From assembly GCA_964016885.1 (NCBI GenBank), contig OZ024759.1, positions 23,188,001 through 23,252,000 of the forward strand: a stretch of 64,000 nt of DNA. Reading direction: 5' to 3'. Numbering within the stretch: the first letter of the stretch is position 1; every line of letters starts with the position of its first letter. This document shows, piece after piece, positions 23,551 to 37,608 of this stretch. Below the pieces are notes generated by a model. That model was not told where the DNA came from. It made no database searches and saw only the letters and a list, made by a program, of their open reading frames with translations. Source of the stretch: Eledone cirrhosa. Its lineage: Eukaryota. Made by a program: the position numbers and the translations under genes.

Positions 23551-24320
23551 CTCTTTATTTGGGAATATTATTTAGTGGCAGTATCGGTAGAGGTCGGACA
23601 CCATGCTTTGACGCATAGAGTTACGGCCCTTTCCATTCTGATTTCAAATCTCACTGTGGTTTACTTTGCCCATCATCCTTACGGGGTCGATAAAATAAAG
23701 TACCAGTAATGGACTGGGTAATTGCTGACCTTGAGCCAAACGTAGAAACAATTATTTAGTTTGAGACAAGGAAATGGCAGATTCTTTAGAACACCGGATA
23801 GAATACTTGTCATACTCTTTTCAGCTCTCTGCTTCCTTCGTACAAATCCTCCGCGGTCAACTTTGCCTTTCGTGTATTCTAGATCGATTAAAAAAGTACC
23901 AGTCAAGTACTGGTGTCGATTCTATCTCTATATCACTTTCTCACTTCCATTCTCTCAATCTCTATTCTTGTCTGAGAGAAATCTGCTGTATTCAGAACAG
24001 CAGAGGAAATGGGCTCCACCAGGTTTTAAAATAATACCTTAGGAATGCCGTATCTCAATACGGCAACCCTATGAACCAGCATTTACGGGATCTGAACGAA
24101 TTATTTTTTTTGAATTCTTCCATGTTTTTTGTTCTCTTTTATCACATTTGTTAAATGAAATAAAAACATTTCCCACATTGTATCATCTTGTTGTTTTTAA
24201 TGTTGCCTTCAAGCAAAAGCAAAGGAAAATATTGTCTCGGGTCCTGAAACCGTTGGTAATGAAGTAGTTATATATTGTGGTGTTCACTTTCTAATTATAT
24301 ATATATTTAATTCTTCATTT

Positions 24321-24358
<38 letters not shown>

Positions 24359-26580
24359 AAATGGAAACTATAATTATAAAACCATATTTATTTTATTATA
24401 CATATTTCAAGGGCCACCAAGGCAAATTATGGCGCGCTTTCATCAGATAAAATACAATACAGATTAGTTTTATAAATAAATATTGACATACCCTGAAAAA
24501 AAGATAACCTTAACGGTTGGAGCTTCCTGGATAGTTGTATCCCAACAAGCTTGTTGTATCCCAACAAATTAAATATAACCTTTGCATATATATATATATA
24601 TATATTTAATTCAAATGAATTATATTATATATATATATAAATATGTATATATATAATTTAAGTGAATTATATATATACATATTTATATAAATATATTTAA
24701 TCCAAGAGAATTATTATATACAATTCAAGTGAATTGTATATAATTATATACATGTGTGTGTGTAAATACACAAAAGAATAACTTAACAAAATTTAAAACT
24801 CCACCTTACCTTTGTTCCACCAAAGGTAATCCATGGTAAGCCAGTAAAATCCAACTTGTTGGTATGAAAATACAGTAACATATGAAAAAGTACCTCCTTT
24901 GCTTTGATTGGGTTAGGATGCGCATGCGTAAACTCTAACAGACAGGTTCAAAGTTATGACGTAAGTTCAAATCTTGCTGAAGACCCCCGTTACCTTCCAT
25001 ACTTCAGGTATTGATAACATACTGGAATCGATTTAATAAACGAATTTTTTCTCTGAAATTTGTGTTTTTCTTATGATATTTTCATGTTTTGAACGAATAT
25101 GGCCGCCAAAACCTTTATAACTTTCTCCTTTTCATTTTTGTCCCTACCCATCCCTACCAGAGAACTCCATAATATCCCTCATCTAAGAAGCAGGTCTAAT
25201 AATAAATATTTGCCCAAATATCTAGTCTTGGGATGATCTTAGAAAAAAAATTATAATTGATTATTAAAAGTCTTGTTCTGGCACTAAAGGGGATCTTTTC
25301 CCAGATCGAGAATAGCTCTATAGACATGCAAATGCAGTCAACCGAAACTGTCTGAGATGCGTGCTGCAGGGTAACAAAACCCTCCTGCACGCACTTCTCC
25401 AGTGTCCGAGCATTACTGACGTTTGGAGCTATGTTGATTAGCTGTTGTAGTTTGGAGAACGAATCCGGCTATTGCCGTGTGTCCATTGTGAAAATAACCC
25501 CCAACTTCCTTCGTTTAGACGGAAAAGGCAGGCATTTTGCATCTGCCTGGTGGCTATGATCAAAGAGGTTGTGTGGAGGACATGATTGTGTGGGTTAAAA
25601 ACAGACACTTTCCTAATCAACGGAGCCCTTTCACTTCAAGAGGAAAATCAGGCTGGGAAGGAAAGTTCTGCCTTCCAGGTAGTTTGTTGAAATGCGGATG
25701 CGAGTGGCAAGTATGACCCGCGGGAACAGGCCTACTCTGAGAACACACCTGGAGATTGGAAGTGCACAACTGGGAAGCGGCCCCCTGTCCTGGCGATCAG
25801 GAAGTCTACTCTCTTTATTTGGGAATATTATTTAGTGGCAGTATCGGTAGAGGTCGGACGCCATGCTTTGACGCATAGAGTTACGGCCCTTTCCATTCTG
25901 ATTTCAAATCTCACTGTGGTTTACTTTGCCCATCATCCTTACGGGGTCGATAAAATAAAGTACCAGTAATGCACTGGGTAATTGCTGACCTTGAGCCAAA
26001 CGTAGAAACAATTATTTAGTTTGAGACAAGGAAATGGCAGATTCTTTAGAACACCGGATAGAATACTTGTCATACTCTTTTCAGCTCTCTGCTTCCTTCG
26101 TACAAATCCTCCGCGGTCAACTTTGCCTTTCGTGTATTCTAGATCGATTAAAAAAGTACCAGTCAAGTACTGGTGTCGATTCTATCTCTATATCACTTTC
26201 TCACTTCCATTCTCTCAATCTCTATTCTTGTCTGAAAGAAATCTGCTGTATTCAGAACAGCAGAGGAAATGGGCTCCACCAGGTTTTAAAATAATACCTT
26301 AGGAATGCCGTATCTCAATACGGCAACCCTATGAACCAGCATTTACGGGATCTGAACGAATTATTTTTTTTGAATTCTTCCATGTTTTTTGTTCTCTTTT
26401 ATCACATTTGTTAAATGAAATAAAAACATTTCCCACATTGTATCATCTTGTTGTTTTTAATGTTGCCTTCAAGGAAAAGCAAAGGAAAATATTGTCTAGG
26501 GTCCTGAAACCGTTGGTAATGAAGTAGTTATATATTGTGGTGTTCACTTTCTAATTATATATATATTTAATTCTTCATTT

Positions 26581-26634
<54 letters not shown>

Positions 26635-29081
26635 AAATGGAAACTATAATTATAAAACCATATTTATTTTATTATACATATTTCAAGGGCCACCAAGGCA
26701 AATTATGGCGCGCTTTCATCAGATAAAATACAATACAGATTAGTTTTATAAATAAATATTGACATACCCTGAAAAAAAGACAACCTTAACGGTTGGAGCT
26801 TCCTGGATAGTTGTATCCCAACAAGCTTGTTGTATCCCAACAAATTAAATATAACCTTTGCATATATATATATATATATATTTAATTCAAATGAATTATA
26901 TTATATATATATATAAATATGTATATATATAATTTAAGTGAATTATATATATACATATTTATATAAATATATTTAATCCAAGAGAATTATTATATACAAT
27001 TCAAGTGAATTGTATATAATTATATACATGTGTGTGTGTAAATACACAAAAGAATAACTTAACAAAATTTAAAACTCCACCTTACCTTTGTTCCACCAAA
27101 GGTAATCCATGGTAAGCCAGTAAAATCCAACTTGTTGGTATGAAAATACAGTAACATCTGAAAAAGTACCTCCTTTGCTTTGATTGGGTTAGGATGCGCA
27201 TGCGTAAACTCTAACAGACAGGTTCAAAGGTATGACGTAAGTTCAAATCTTGCTGAAGACCCCCGTTACCTTCCATACTTCAGGTATTGATAACATACTG
27301 GAATCGATTTAATAAACGAATTTTTTCTCTGAAATTTGTGTTTTTCTTATGATATTTTCATGTTTTGAACGAATATGGCCGCCAAAACCTTTATAACTTT
27401 CTCCTTTTCATTTTTGTCCCTACCCATCCCTACCAGAGAACCCCATAATATCCCTCATCTAAGAAGCAGGTCTAATAATAAATATTTGCCCAAATATCTA
27501 GTCTTGGGATGATCTTAGAAAAAAAATTATAATTGATTATTAAAAGTCTTGTTCTGGCACTAAAGGGGATCTTTTCCCAGATCGAGAATAGCTCTATAGA
27601 CATGCAAATGCAGTCAACCGAAACTGTCTGAGATGCGTGCTGCAGGGTAACAAAACCCTCCTGCACGCACTTCTCCAGTGTCCGAGCATTACTGACGTTT
27701 GGAGCTATGTTGATTAGCTGTTGTAGTTTGGAGAACGAATCCGGCTATTGCCGTGTGTCCATTGTGAAAATAACCCCCAACTTCCTTCGTTTAGACGGAA
27801 AAGGCAGGCATTTTGCATCTGCCTGGTGGCTATGATCAAAGAGGTTGTGTGGAGGACATGATTGTGTGGGTTAAAAACAGACACTTTCCTAATCAACGGA
27901 GCCCTTTCACTTCAAGAGGAAAATCAGGCTGGGAAGGAAAGTTCTGCCTTCCAGGTAGTTTGTTGAAATGCGGATGCGAGTGGCAAGTATGACCCGCGGG
28001 AACAGGCCTACTCTGAGAACACACCTGGAGATTGGAAGTGCACAACTGGGAAGCGGCCCCCTGTCCTGGCGATCAGGAAGTCTACTCTCTTCATTTGGGA
28101 ATATTATTTAGTGGCAGTATCGGTAGAGGTCGGACGCCATGTTTTGACGCATAGAGTTACGGCCCTTTCCATTCTGATTTCAAATCTCACTGTGGTTTAC
28201 TTTGCCCATCATCCTTACGGGGTCGATAAAATAAAGTACCAGTAATGCACTGGGTAATTGCTGACCTTGAGTCAAACGTAGAAACAATTATTTAGTTTGA
28301 GACAAGGAAATGGCAGATTCTTTAGAACACCGGATAGAATACTTGTCATACTCTTTTCAGCTCTCTGCTTCCTTCGTACAAATCCTCCGCGGTCAACTTT
28401 GCCTTTCGTGTATTCTAGATCGATTAAAAAAGTACCAGTCAAGTACTGGTGTCGATTCTATCTCTATATCACTTTCTCACTTCCATTCTCTCAATCTCTA
28501 TTCTTGTCTGAAAGAAATCTGCTGTATTCAGAACAGCAGAGGAAATGGGCTCCACCAGGTTTTAAAATAATACCTTAGGAATGCCGTATCTCAATACGGC
28601 AACCCTATGAACCAACATTTACGGGATCTGAACGAATTATTTTTTTTGAATTCTTCCATGTTTTTTGTTCTCTTTTATCACATTTGTTAAATGAAATAAA
28701 AACATTTCCCACATTGTATCATCTTGTTGTTTTTAATGTTGCCTTCATGTCACTCCTGTGTAGATAATTAAATTAAATTTTTAATCATTGACATAATCGG
28801 TAGAGCATCAACATTATTTGCGGCAAAGAGTTACGTCCCTTTATGTCATCAGTTCAAATCCTGCCGAGGTTAGCTTTGCCTCACATTCTTACAGGATCGA
28901 TAAAATAAAGTACCAGTAACGTACTGTGTGCGCTAGCAACCGAATTATGCGATACAATTATATCTGTCTGAATACAAAGTGGGTAACCGAGACTGCACCA
29001 ACTTGTATAAATAGATACACATATCTAATATATATAGGTATGGAAACATGTCAGGTAAATTGAAAAAAAAATGATGATAAA

Positions 29082-29128
29082 CACCTTTAACCAATTTTCG
29101 GAGCTTATTTCGCCCTCATCAGTAAGTG
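29082..29128 (-). ncRNA. Degenerate minimal hammerhead ribozyme candidate
   Basis: CACTTA-CTGATGA-GGGC gaaataa GCTCC-GAAA-ATTGGT-TA-AAGGTG. Confidence 0.45.
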
Positions 29129-29202
29129 TGTATCTCATCCAAATAACCACAAAGAAACATGTATTTGATGGATTTATATATCCCAAATACCTTATACCTT
29201 AG

Positions 29203-29895
29203 TGCTCCAGTATGGCCGTAGTCTTATCAGTGAAACAAGTGAAAAAGTACAAATAAAGAAACAAAACAGCATAATTTATTTATTAATCATATATTTTATT
29301 ATCAAATATATTTTATTTTTACAAACATGACTGATATAACTGTATTTATGTATGTGGAAACACCCAGTAGACAGCTGACGATTGGATATTCTCCATGTGT
29401 CCGACTTTTCCAAATTTTCTGTGTTCATTTGTCCCACGTATCATTTTTTTATACCAATATATTTAGTTGTTTTAAAATTTATGTTTTTTGATTGTCAGTG
29501 TTGAATTTTTTTCACCAAATAATATATAACTGTTTCTACTTTTGGCACAAGGCCAGCAATTACCCAGTGTATTACTGGTACTTTATTTTATCGACCCCGT
29601 AAGGATTAAAGGCAAAATTAACCTTGGCGGGATTTGAACTCAGAATGGCAAGGGCCGTAACTCTATGCGTCAAAGCATGGCGTCCGACCCTCTACCGATA
29701 CTGCCAATCAACTAATGACAGAATTTCGGTCAACCAGCATCTCATGTCATAAAGTCGGTATAGCACAAACATTATCATTAACTTCTGTCTGATGATGACA
29801 TGTGAGACTTATGTAATCTTTATTTAATGCCACAGAAATGTACATAACAGACGTTACTTGAAATACCAACATCTGGAAATGTAGAACCATCTTTG
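29203..29895. repeat. Dispersed segmental duplicate of 35645-36285
   Basis: ccagtatggccgtagtcttatcagtgaaacaag...ggaaatgtagaacc highly similar in both places. Confidence 0.85.
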
Positions 29896-30354
29896 TATTT
29901 ACGAGAGAATCCATATAATAATTGTTTCTACGTTTGGCACAAGGCCAGCAATTATCCCAGAGCATTACTGGTACTTTATTTGATCGACCTCATAAGGATG
30001 AAAGGCAAAGTTAACCTCGGCGGGATTTGAACTCAGACCGTAAAGGGCTATAACTCTATGCTGGAAAACATGTCCGACCCTCCACCGATATTGCCATCTA
30101 CAGCCTTCTTTTCTTACCTATAAGCTGAATAAAGGTCTTATTGGTTTTCACTAGTAACATCTCATCTACCTGCACACACACACATATGTATTATGTGAAT
30201 ATTAATACTCTACTAACTGAACTGTCCTCAAAAACAAGAACCTTAACTTTTGAAGACTTATACGTCTGTTTTAAACTCCTTATGAGCTAAGGATTTTAGT
30301 GTTTATAGAGCTTCTCTCTACTTACCAAAAATAATAGTTGAATAATACTATAAT

Positions 30355-30442
<88 letters not shown>

Positions 30443-30636
30443 AACGAGTAGGAGCCCGAAGGCTGAGCTCAAGCCGTTTCGACGGCTAATTCTGGACTGA
30501 GTCCAGAATTAGCCGTCGAAACGGCTTGAGCTCAGCCGTCGGGGTCCTACTCGTTCCTATTACCCACTCTACTACCCTAAGTATTGAGTACTTTGGTGCG
30601 TTATGGTCCATCTGGTTCCTTACCACATTTCCTTCG

Positions 30637-30688
<52 letters not shown>

Positions 30689-30702
30689 ATATATATATAT
30701 AT

Positions 30703-30761
<59 letters not shown>

Positions 30762-30778
30762 TACACACACATATATAT

Positions 30779-30846
<68 letters not shown>

Positions 30847-31214
30847 CGGGTGAATTTCCGATGGGTATCGGAAGGTGACCACAGTTTAGCGGCATCTTTA
30901 TTTTATATAGAAATTATTTCTACAGGGCAAGAACTGTTTCATCCGTATGAATTCATCACAACTTTCCTGATAATTCCATACAACTGAAGCAATTCTAGTC
31001 TTGTGGCTGAGTGGTTAGAGAATTGGATTCGCAATCGTCAGGTTGTGAGTTCGATTCGCGGACCAGGTGCCCTGCACCGATTGTGTTGTTGTTTATTTTA
31101 CATATATATATATTAATAAAAGGAATTCCAACTTTGTCTGATTTACTCGTTTTATTTACAAACATTTATAATGGTATTAGAATGAAATAGTATGGTAGAA
31201 TGTTAAGTGTAAAT

Positions 31215-31253
31215 TGAACAAGTACTTTCATGCTTTCGCATTCTTCAGGTTCA
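31215..31253 (-). ncRNA. Minimal type I hammerhead ribozyme
   Basis: TGAAC-CTGAAGA-ATGC GAAA GCAT-GAAA-GTAC-TT-GTTCA: perfect stems I and II, GNRA loop, palindromic loop III. Confidence 0.75.
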
Positions 31254-31429
31254 TATTCTGTGGTGACAGTCAAGTTTGCAATTTTCAACTATATATATAG
31301 TCCAGAAATAGCCGTCGAAACGCATTGAGCTCTGACGTCGGGGTCTAACTTTTTCCTATTACCCACTCTACTACTCTAAGTATTGAGTGCTCTGGTGCGT
31401 TATGGTCCATCTGGTTCACCACACCTCCT

Positions 31430-31464
<35 letters not shown>

Positions 31465-32227
31465 CTATCTCAAATAAGGCCCAGAATTGAGCTAAGGGAA
31501 GATCGCAGTAAAGTACTTTGAATTAAAGAAACTTTAATTACCCCAGGGGTAAACTTCAAGTCAAGCGACATAGATCTAGATGATAATTTTTTTTTTTTTT
31601 TACCCTAAACTACTTTACTATGATCTTACCTTTGGTCAAATCTGAGCCTTATTTGAGATAATTCTCTATTTGTATTTATCAGCTTCTCTAATGTCCCCCC
31701 CCCCATCCATACACACGCACTCATGTATTTCATGACTCTTACACTGTTTATTTTCCTGACGTTTGTACATTATTCTATGTACTATACATGCACCTTTGAT
31801 GAGTTATAGTGCACCTGAGCACTGTACACAACTTCATTATTATTACTATAAAATTCTGTCGCCGCAACCAGGTTTGGATTTTGACCTTGGGGAGCCTGGG
31901 GCACTTCAGGTTTGGGGGTCCCTCATACACACAAAAATAGATGAAACAGCAAACCCACCTATTTTAGATATCAAAGCTAGCTTGGCGGAAGTAATTGGAA
32001 TTGAAAAGTTATACAACCAAGCATTAAATTCAAAAATCCTAACCATCCTAAAACTAAAAGGCCTGCAGAGGACACAAATAAATTGCTACGCCCGTCTCTG
32101 GTGGGGCCGTCCACTGTATGGGGTCCGGGTAAATTGTCCCTCCATTAAATCTGGCCCTGGCTAGAACGAACGTCAAACACAGAACTTTTAGTTTTATTAA
32201 AAGACTAATCGTAGTAGTCAATGTTAT

Positions 32228-32612
32228 TTGAATCCCGCCGAGGTTAACTTTGCCTTTCATCCTTACGGGGTCGATAAAATAAAGTACCAGTAATTCACTG
32301 GGTAATTGCTGGCCTTGTGGCAAACGTAGAAACAATTAATATATTACGTCCCTTTACGATCTGAGTTCAAATCCCGCCGAGGTTAACTTTGCCTTTCATC
32401 CTTACGGGGTCGATAAAATAAAGTACCAGTAATGTACTGAGTAATGGCTGGCCTTGTGGCAAACGTAGAAACAATTAATATATTACGTCCCTTTACGATC
32501 TGAGTTCAAATCCCGCCGAGGTTAACTTTGCCTTTCATCCTTACGGGGTCGATAAAATAAAGTACCAGTAATGTACTGGGTAATTGCTGGCCTTGTACCT
32601 AAAGTAGAAACA
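32228..32612 (+). repeat. Tandem trimer of a 5'-truncated MetaSINE (139-bp period)
   Basis: aatcccgccgagg at 32231, 32370 and 32509. Confidence 0.85.
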
Positions 32613-32712
32613 GTTATTTGGATAAGAGATGATCGGAGGCAACGGATAACTTCTTGGAAAACAAGCATTACAATTCTACATAAAATACGTTGTTTGAAAC
32701 ACATTTATATTC

Positions 32713-33630
32713 AGTGCGTGTGTGTATGCGTGCTTGCATATGTACGTGTTTACGTGCATGTGGGCGTATGCGTGCTTGTGTGGTGTGTGTATGTGTGTGT
32801 GTATGCGTGCTTGCATATGTGCGTGTTTACGTGCACGTGGGCGTATGCGTGTTTGTGTGGTGTGTGTATGTGTGTGTGTGTGTGTATGCGTGCTTGCATA
32901 TGTGCGTGTTTACGTGCATGTGGGCGTATGCGTGCTTGTGTGGTGTGTGTATGTGTGTGTGTGTGTATGCGTGTTTGCATATGTGCGTGTTTATGTGCAT
33001 GTGGGCGTATGCGTGCTTGTGTGGTGTGTGTATGTGTGTGTGTGTGTGTATGCGTGTTTGCATATGTGCGTGTTTACGTGCATGTGGGCGTATGCGTGCT
33101 TGTGTGGTGTGTGTATGTGTGGTGTGTGTATGTGTGGTGTGTGTATGTGTTTGTGTGTGTGTGCTTGCATATGTGCGTGTTTACGTGCATGTGGGCGTAT
33201 GCGTGCTTGTGTGGTGTGTGTATATGCGTGTGTGTATGCGTGTTTGCATATGTGCGTGTTTACGTGCATGTGGGCGTATGCGTGCTTGTGTGGTGTGTGT
33301 ATGTGTGGTGTGTGTATGTGTTTGTGTGTGTGTGCTTGCATATGTGCGTGTTTACGTGCACGTGGGCGTATGCGTGCTTGTGTGGTGTGTGTATGTGTGT
33401 GTGTGTGCGTGCTTGCATATGTGCATGTTTACGAGCATGTGGGCGTATGCGTGCTTGTGTGGTGTGTGTATGTGTGATGTGTGTATGTGTGGTGTGTGTG
33501 TGTGCGTGCTTGCATATGTGCGTGTTTATGAGCATGTGGGCGTACGCGTGCTAGTGAGTGTGTGTGGGGGGGGATGTGTTTGTGTGTGCGTGCATGTGTG
33601 TGTGTGCGTGTGTCTACGTACGTGCGTGCG
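32713..33630. repeat. GT-rich compound minisatellite (~80-bp unit)
   Basis: gcgtgcttgcatatgtgcgtgtttacgtgcatgtgggcgtatgcgtgcttgtgtggtgtgtgt repeated ~10 times with variable (GT)n. Confidence 0.9.
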
Positions 33631-35336
33631 TTCCTGCTTTTGTTCTGTAGCGGAGTAGTCCGGCAAATAGAGATCCAAGTAAATACTGGCATCAAGTTGA
33701 TCACCGATCAAGATGGCTAGATAACGTCCATCCACGAGCAGTCCATCAGTTGGTGACGGTTGATTCTGTAACAGGACCTGTTGGAAGGAGTGTTTGATCC
33801 TCGATCCTCCCAGAATTAAGTGGGTGAAAAACGAAGAATAAGAAAGCAGGAAAAAAAAAAAAAAGAAATAGGGATTAGCGGAGGCAACGAAGAAGAAGAA
33901 CGTTGAACTTGGCTGGATTTTGAACTCAGGACACATAGAAGCAGACCAAACAACCGAACACCATACTGCATGGAAAGCGTTCTAACCAAAGTTCTCAACA
34001 TCTCTTCTCCAATTCTTCGTCTTATCTCATCAATACAAGTGTGTAAATATTGTATTCAGTGTGTAAAGGAGAAGTTGATCAACGTAATTGGTTTTGAAAA
34101 TGCTGCCATGGTATGACCACAGACCAGTCGAATGACTGGAAACCAAATCAGTGTAAGATCTGATTCATTATCATGGTTATTGTTCATTTGTCTTGTTTAT
34201 TGTATATATAGGCGGCAAATTGACAGAGTTGTTAGAAGGTCGGATAGACTGCATTGCCGTATTCGTTTCGGCACTCTTCTTTCTGAGTTCAAATCCCGCC
34301 TAGATGAACTTTGCTTTTCATCCTTTCGATATCAATAAAAATAAGTACCAGCCAAGTATTGGGGTCGATTCTTTTTCAATATCTGTTTCTCACTTTCTTT
34401 CTGTCACTCTCTCTATCCTTCTTTGGAAGAAATTTGCTGTATTCATACCTGGAGAGGAGATGTGCTCCACCAGGATTTAAAATGTCCTAGAACCCCGTAT
34501 CTCAAGAAGGCCTCCCTTCGACTCCCTTAGGAGTTACGTGACCATACATACATTGTGTCTTTTTCTGGTCTCATAACTCCCGATGGAGTCGTTAGAACGC
34601 CGTAGCGGCATACTACGTTTCTTGGGCATTTTAAATCAACCAGTAAAGGATGAAAAGCAAAGTTATCTTCTGTGGGATTTGAACTCAGAGAAATCGAATG
34701 AATACCGACGTTCTAACCACACTACTAATTCACCGCATATTGTATGTGCGTGAAACTAAAATATCATTGCACCTTAACACCCCTAAGCATAAACACCACG
34801 CAATTAGAAAAGCCCTCCCGTTCGCTCCGAATGATTGGCTCCATTCTAAGAGTCTCTGAGTCTCTCATGGTGAAACTGCACATCCTAAACATAGCTAGAA
34901 CTTCGTCAAATAGACTGGCTATTCTCTTCAACACGAGAAAATACTTCATTCTATACACTGGAGTAATGCTACGTCATCTAGGACGATTCTGCTGATGTTG
35001 TCATACATACATGCTCCATAAGGCTGCGTTTCTCAACCGGTGTTCTCCGGAACCCCAGGATTCCGCAAGAGGTCACTAGGGATTCCGCAAGAAACAGTGA
35101 TAAATAAACTAATGTATTTTTGAGTAATTTTTATTTTTGTTTAATTTTACTATACACGTACGGAATATTGTTGGAAAATCCTTGGTTATTAAAATAACGG
35201 TGATAAAAAAATATAAACGAGATAGATTTTAATATGGTATATAATAATTTTTATGCAGGGGTTCCCTGAGACATGAAGACTAATTCAACAGTTTCACAGA
35301 GGAAAAAAAAAAAGATTGAGAAACGATGCCCTAGAC

Positions 35337-35492
35337 CAGTCATGGGTAACCTGCGGTCCTCGAAGCTTTCTGAAGTGAAATCTTTCTGATTTTTTTAATG
35401 TGGGCGCGAATGTAAATTAGCGCTTGCGGCCCGCCGGATGATGAACCATATCTCATGCGGCCCGCTTCTCGAAAAAAGGTTGCCCATGCCTG
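35337..35492. mobile_element. hAT (Charlie-like) MITE
   Basis: TIRs cagtcatgggtaacct / aggttgcccatgcctg; perfect 8-bp TSD ccctagac. Confidence 0.85.
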
Positions 35493-36284
35493 CCCTAGAC
35501 TATATAGAGAAATAGACTATTTTTTTACACAAACAATACATTAGCAATCACATCTATTATGTTTTCATCTGTTGCCACCAAAAGATGAGCCTATATTGCT
35601 AAAAATGAGGTCGATATGAACGACTGAAATATCTAATAAGTGGCGCCCCAGTATGGCCGTAGTCTTATCAGTGAAACAAGTGAAAAAGTATAAATAAAGA
35701 AACAAAACAGCATAATTTATTTATTAATCATATATTTTATTATCACATATATTTTATTTTTACAAACATGACTTATATAACTGTATTTATGTATGTGGAA
35801 ACACCCAGTAGACAGCTGACGATTGGATATTCTCCATGTATCCGACTTTTCCAAATTTTCTGTGTTCATTTGTCCCACGTATCATTTTTTTTTACCAATA
35901 TATGTAATTGTTTTAAAATTTATATTTTTTGATTGTCAGTGTTGAATTTTTTCACCAAATAATTGTTTCTACTTTAGGCACAAGGCCAGCAATCACCCAG
36001 TGCATTACTGGTACTTTATTTTATCGACCCCGTAAGGATGAAAGGCAAAGTCAACCTCGGCGGGATTTGAACTCATTTTTCACCAAATAATATATACTGA
36101 CAGAATTTCGGACAACCAGCATCTCATGTAATAAAGTCGGTATAGCACAAACATTATCATTAACTTCTGTCTGATGATGAGGTGTGAGACTTATGTAATC
36201 TTTATTTAATGCCACAGAAATGTACATAATAGACGTTACTTAAAATACCAACATCTAGAAATGTAGAACCGTCTCCGTATTTAC

Positions 36285-36321
<37 letters not shown>

Positions 36322-36579
36322 TGTATGTATGTATGCATGCATGCATGTATGTATGTATGTATATATGTATATATAACGGTGTCCAGTCAAAGTAGAGAAA
36401 GGAATCACCATTAGAGTAAGCTATTCACTACATAAAATAGAGAGAGTATTTATATTTAATTCATTTAGAAGTGACTAGTAGCTTACAGGACTAGCACTAT
36501 TTCATTTTCACCACAAAATGAAATGCTAACAGTCCTGTAGCTCTGACCTCTAAATAAAATTACGAATATATATATATAT

Positions 36580-37034
36580 AGTTTTAATATAGATGAGATT
36601 CTACAGGACTAGAACTGTTTCATTCTTTAGAAATCATCAGGAATCTGGGTATCAAAAAATAAATATGGTATTTATAGGTCTCTTCAGGTGGTAGGAGAGG
36701 GTGGGGAGTGGGATGGGTGTAGGTCATTGGTTGATGGAAAAGGGAATTTATTAAAAGCTAATTCTTCAAAGCTATAGTTTATATAGCTTTGAAGAATTAG
36801 CTTTTAATGAATTCCCTTTTCTATCAACCAATGACCTACACCCATCCCACTCCCCACCCTCTCCTACCACCTGAAGAGACCTATAAATACCATATTTATT
36901 TTTTGATACCCAGATTCCTAATGATTTCTAAAGAATAAAACAGTTCTGTAGAATTTCATCTATATTAAAACTTTTATACTCTGCAATGTATTGAGTACCT
37001 TACTTACTGTGATACCTCCGATTCAACCCGGAAT

Positions 37035-37038
<4 letters not shown>
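36580..37038. mobile_element. ~390-bp palindrome plus tail, with - strand hammerhead-like motif (36607-36645)
   Basis: ~190-bp arms centred near 36778; GATTC-CTGATGA-TTTC taaa GAAT-GAAA-CAGT-TC-TAGTC; (TA)n on both sides. Confidence 0.75.
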
Positions 37039-37085
<47 letters not shown>

Positions 37086-37309
37086 TCATCATCAACGTTT
37101 TACGTCCATTCTTCCACGCTGGCATGGGTTAGATGGGTTGTCCTCTTGTGGGCAGTGCCAGGTCAAGCGACCTTGTCTTGCTCATACGGGAACTGATTTT
37201 GGCTGGATTTCTACAGCTGGATGGGCTTCCTAACACCAACCTCATTTACAGTGAGTGCCGGATATATATATATATATATGCATACATACATACATAAGTA
37301 AACACACAC

Positions 37310-37363
<54 letters not shown>

Positions 37364-37439
37364 ATAGATAGATACATATTTGCAATTCACACCAGTGTGA
37401 ATCCATAATCTTGTAATACACACACACACATACATACAT

Positions 37440-37552
<113 letters not shown>

Positions 37553-37572
37553 GTGTGTGTGTATGTGTGTGT

Positions 37573-37608
<36 letters not shown>

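Larger units (their letters stand above)
21937..28746. repeat. Tandem triplication of a ~2.27-kb unit (21937-24210, 24211-26470, 26471-28746)
   Basis: Units nearly identical apart from (TA)n length and a few substitutions; ORF track repeats at ~2260-2276 bp spacing. Confidence 0.97.

Noticed and set aside
31003-31070. tRNA gene
   Set aside because: The A/B-box sequence matches the tRNA-derived SINE heads elsewhere in the window, and no complete cloverleaf is evident.
32571-33704. Long Cys/Val-rich or His/Thr-rich ORFs
   Set aside because: Translations of a GT-rich minisatellite.
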